From Cenococcum geophilum (lineage: Eukaryota): a DNA stretch of 64,000 nt. Made by a program: the position numbers and the translations under genes. The stretch covers positions 21,390,001 to 21,454,000 of the forward strand of contig CP158635.1 in assembly GCA_050273025.1 (NCBI GenBank), in the 5' to 3' direction. Numbering within the stretch: the first letter of the stretch is position 1; every line of letters starts with the position of its first letter. The notes beneath the pieces are model-generated. The model was not told the DNA's origin. It saw nothing but the letters and a program-made list of their open reading frames with translations, and made no database searches. Shown piece after piece: positions 60,567-64,000 of the stretch.

Positions 60567-61543
60567 GCAGTCCTACTCTCCCAAGAGTTAAAAAAAAAGG
60601 AGAAACGAAAAGGGGTGACTGCGGAGTAGGGTGTTTGGTTTGGGTGTGTGTGCGTGCTGTTGCGCGGGTTTTAAGAGATGGGAGATGGCGATGGCGAGCA
60701 TAGCGGCGGGGTTCCATATTTCTCTTTGGCGGGTTCTCAGATCACAAGGCCGCTTGGCTTTGATGGCTACTGCAGGCATTATTTTTTCCATATATCGCCA
60801 AATCATGAACTGCGCTGGCGTCCGGGTGCTGCTGGGACTGGCTGGACACGACGATGTCCGCATATCGATTATTTTTTTATTTTTTTATTTTTGTTGCTGT
60901 GGCTATTGGCTATCTGGCGTCTGCTAGGCTAGTAGCAGAAGGGGGAGAGGGAAAAATCAGAGTCTGTGGATAAAGGGGTGGGACTTTTCACTCTTCTTTT
61001 ACCTACAGGACTGTGAAGTAGGAAATCAAAATTCCAAGTTCTACGCTTTCAGCTTTTTTCCACTGTACCAACATAGGCTTTGTTTAGAAACCAAGTTCTT
61101 TTTCTGAAAATAGCGGGCAAAAACGCAGCGAAACTTCGGAGGTCAAGAATAAATTAAGCTTTCTGGTCCAGGTGTGGCGTTGACATGGTTCCGCAAGATA
61201 CTCTTACTTTTAGAGTTGCCCGTTGTAAGGCAGTTGACCCATGTTGTGTTGCGTAAGCTTTGTATCAAGCTTTCTGAACCCAAAACAACACCCATGCCTA
61301 CACCCTATATTCCGCAATGCCAACCCCAGCTTGGATCCCCTCGTGGCAGTGGCTAGCGGTTTCTCCAAACATCGAGCAGGTCTCCGTCAGTCGAATGCAA
61401 ATGGGACTAGCGTGCTGGCGTTGACTATTAGTCTTGGGTCAAGACCGCCTACGAGTATACGAGGATGTTCTTGGAGTTTAGCTTGCCCTCCTCAATCCTA
61501 CAGTAAGCGAAGGGTGAGCTCAAGTTATGCTTAAAAGGCATGC

Positions 61544-63007
61544 TTAAAACCATATCTTGATGAGTTCTTCGCTAACAGCACTAGGAGTCAAGACGCCGCT
61601 CTCAGTAATAATGCCGGATATTAGATCGGGAGGCTGTGCAGATATACGTTAGCAAATATGTGTGGGTAATGGAAGCATGATTGAAGGCTCGTAGGTAGAG
61701 GGAAAGTGGAGTAGCTTCGATGCATAGAGACAACTGCCGGCGACAGGGTATCCGAAATTGCGTCGAACATGACGGCTGCCCAGCGCCCTCAAATAGCTAC
61801 AATAGGACTCTTCATAGCATCCGGAATGCCCAAATAGAGCCAAGTCAGCGCTCTGGCCAATGCCGTTTATGCATCGACCCCGCTCCGAACTCTGACGTAA
61901 CTTAGAAATTCTAAGTGAAGAAATGTAACTCACCGTAAAGTCAACAGCATCCTCCGGACTGCAGCCTGAGCACTTGCTCCGAACAGGATCCGCTGTTCCA
62001 CCTGTCTCCGCATCAGTGCCTCCCATTTCGACCCCCTCGTCCTCAACGGCCTCATCAGCCTGTTTCGTACCCTCTCCAGTCACGCCATCCGTCTCCTCAT
62101 CAACCTTGAACTCAATGACATTTTGCTCGATGGGCAGGTCATACTGGCTTAGTGGATACAGCCTAACAAACTTATGGCTCTCAGCAACGACGTAGAAGGG
62201 CTTTCCCTTCGCTTTCGCCAACATGCCGATTTGATACGTGCCCATTCTTGAAATAATACCTCCATTCTCTACAACCCCTTCAGCACCAACAATAACCATG
62301 TCGACTCTACCAAGTGAGTACGCCACAGCGGAGTCCGGGATGGTAGCGACGGGCACGCCTCGTGCACGCAGCATAGCCACGATAGCAGCGCCTTCGCCAG
62401 ATCCTTCACCTTCTCCCCCCTTTTGGGCTTGCGCCGCATAAGGATCGTGTGGCGCGGGGTTCTGTGAGAGCACGTAGATGACGCGGAAGCGGATGCTGCC
62501 CCTCCCGCCTCCTGCCTCAGCAGCTGAGCGAAGGAGTGCGCCAACGACACGCGATCCGCCGTTTGTTAGGACCGTGGTTCCATCGCGAACGAAATGGCGA
62601 CCGAAACTGGCAATTTTCTCTCTGCTGGCTTTGGCACGCTCCACAAATAGCCTCCCGCTACTCAGCAGATGGTTGCGAATAGCCTTGAAATCTCCACTGG
62701 GGCCTAAAGATGATCCTGGCCGGTTGAGGGTTGTAATGAGGTATCGCTGGAAAAGGTCTGTGCCGGCTGAAAGCGATATGGGGTTCGCTATTGCTTCCTT
62801 GAGGGTTGCAGTATGCTGTGAAAGAAGGGATAATGTTTCGGAAATTGTGGAGGCGGAGGAGCTGGCGAGAGCTTCAACAAGGGCTTCGATAGCTGCTACG
62901 GGCATTGTAATATCCGGGTCTGAGGCCAGGAGACGTCGGTAGGTTTGGACAATGTCGAAGGCTGGCGGGGGATTGATAGTGGGGGGAGAGTCTGTTGGGA
63001 TAGCCAT
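61544..63007 (-). CDS. GCN3: Translation initiation factor eIF2B alpha subunit
   Basis: MPVAAIEAL, ISLSAGTDLFQR, VGAEGVVENGGI, FYVVAESHKFVRLYPLSQYDL, VDFT|PPDLISGIITESGVLTPSAVSEELIKIWF*. Intron 61933-61634. Confidence 0.95.
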
Positions 63008-63419
63008 CTCAGAAGATGAGGATTTCTGGCTGTGAGACTGGTATTTTAGAGACAGCCGTGAAGGCTTCGCAGTTGCTGAACTTGTATGTTCCTCTTCGAA
63101 GCGTGCCCGTGGTATTTTAACGTGTTCAAGAGTATCACTATCGGGATTTTGATAAATAGGCCATGTATCGCTTCGGTTGATTTTAGGAGGGACGAAGCGT
63201 ACATGGATGAAATCAATGTGGAAGTTATAGTACAAGCGGAGACCAATGTGGCAGGTCATCCAAACGAAGGGAAAGTTCGACGTCGTAAGGGTTTCGTGAT
63301 GTCGGAAGTCGACTCATCGCCAAGAAATTAATTAGACGTCAAACCTGGCCCGAGCGTTGCCGGGCCCCTAGCGCAGCTAGGGTCTGAGCAATTTCTAGAT
63401 TTGCTTAGTAAGCGCCGCA

Positions 63420-64000
63420 CCCTTTCTTAGTACAAATACTCCGATTTTTAACTTAAATAACTCTATAACTACGTAACTAATTAGCTATCTAAATAGCATA
63501 AATTAACTACAGAAGCCTACTTTATAATCTATTAAAATTGTAATAAAGCCTTGTAATAAATACTACAATAGACTTATTAATAAGCTGTAACGGCGCTCTC
63601 GCACGTTACCTGCCAAATTCTGCCATATTCTGCCGACCTGCGATTGGCCCGCCTAAAGCTAGCGCCTTGGCGGCTTACCCTACATATTTGTTTACATCGG
63701 TCCTAGCGACCCCTTTTCCTTCTCTTTAGCTTAGTATCTTCGTAATATAGCATTCTATAAGCTTCGGTTTAGAGGCATTTATACAAGCCGTAATATTATA
63801 CTAAGCTCACCCTACCTTGCCTGGGAAGGCCTTAATAATATCCTACCCTAAAGAAACTTCGTTTGCAACGACGTATTAACACGCTATACTTAAATACTAA
63901 AACAACTCTATATTGCCTGGGAAGGCCTAGATAATATCCTACCTTATAAGCTAGATAGGACTAGACCTATACCCCTAGAATTAAAACTAAAGCGTATAAT
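63420..64000. mobile_element. RIP-like degraded repeat block containing a probable LTR (63586-63795) and the start of a retrotransposon internal region; runs off the window
   Basis: Abrupt shift to AT-rich, TpA-rich sequence. Imperfect inverted termini TGTAACGGC...GCCGTAATA, with the terminal CA apparently changed to TA. TTGCCTGGGAAGGCC is duplicated downstream. Confidence 0.7.

Noticed and set aside
61634..61933. TPP riboswitch in the GCN3 intron
   Set aside because: It contains ATACCCTG but lacks the CTGAGA and TGATC..GATAATAC..GCG core motifs.
63008..63259. 84-aa N-terminal extension of GCN3 in the ORF track
   Set aside because: It starts at a non-ATG codon and has no eIF2B-alpha similarity; the ATG at 63007 fits better.

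Overview
Eukaryotic, intron-containing DNA from a filamentous ascomycete (Pezizomycotina; a Dothideomycete is a guess). Intact genes: a 5'-truncated SNF2/ISWI-type ATPase with a PHD/Cys-rich tail, a CxxC-repeat protein, mitochondrial RNA polymerase RPO41, a GT2-like membrane protein, RPN1, RIO2, a two-RRM protein, NADPH-P450 reductase, TAO3/PAG1, TVP15, the iron regulator sreA and eIF2B-alpha (GCN3). Five decayed genes lie between them: a Zn2Cys6 factor split by a solo LTR, an SSADH-like aldehyde dehydrogenase fragment, an erythromycin-esterase-family gene split by a MITE-like insert, a CYP504-family P450, and an NAD(P)-binding Rossmann fragment. A RIP-like, AT-rich LTR element occupies the right end. 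The most interesting unexplained signal is a ~2.3 kb hairpin-rich minus-strand segment downstream of RPO41, with no credible protein-coding gene, a TATA-like box and an AACCCUGAACCCUGAA motif. It is a candidate telomerase RNA that would specify a non-canonical TTCAGGG telomere; this is unconfirmed. Also notable are a structured 300-nt GCN3 intron and paired CBC-HapX and SreA motifs upstream of sreA. All homology calls come from motif recognition by eye, not database searches.
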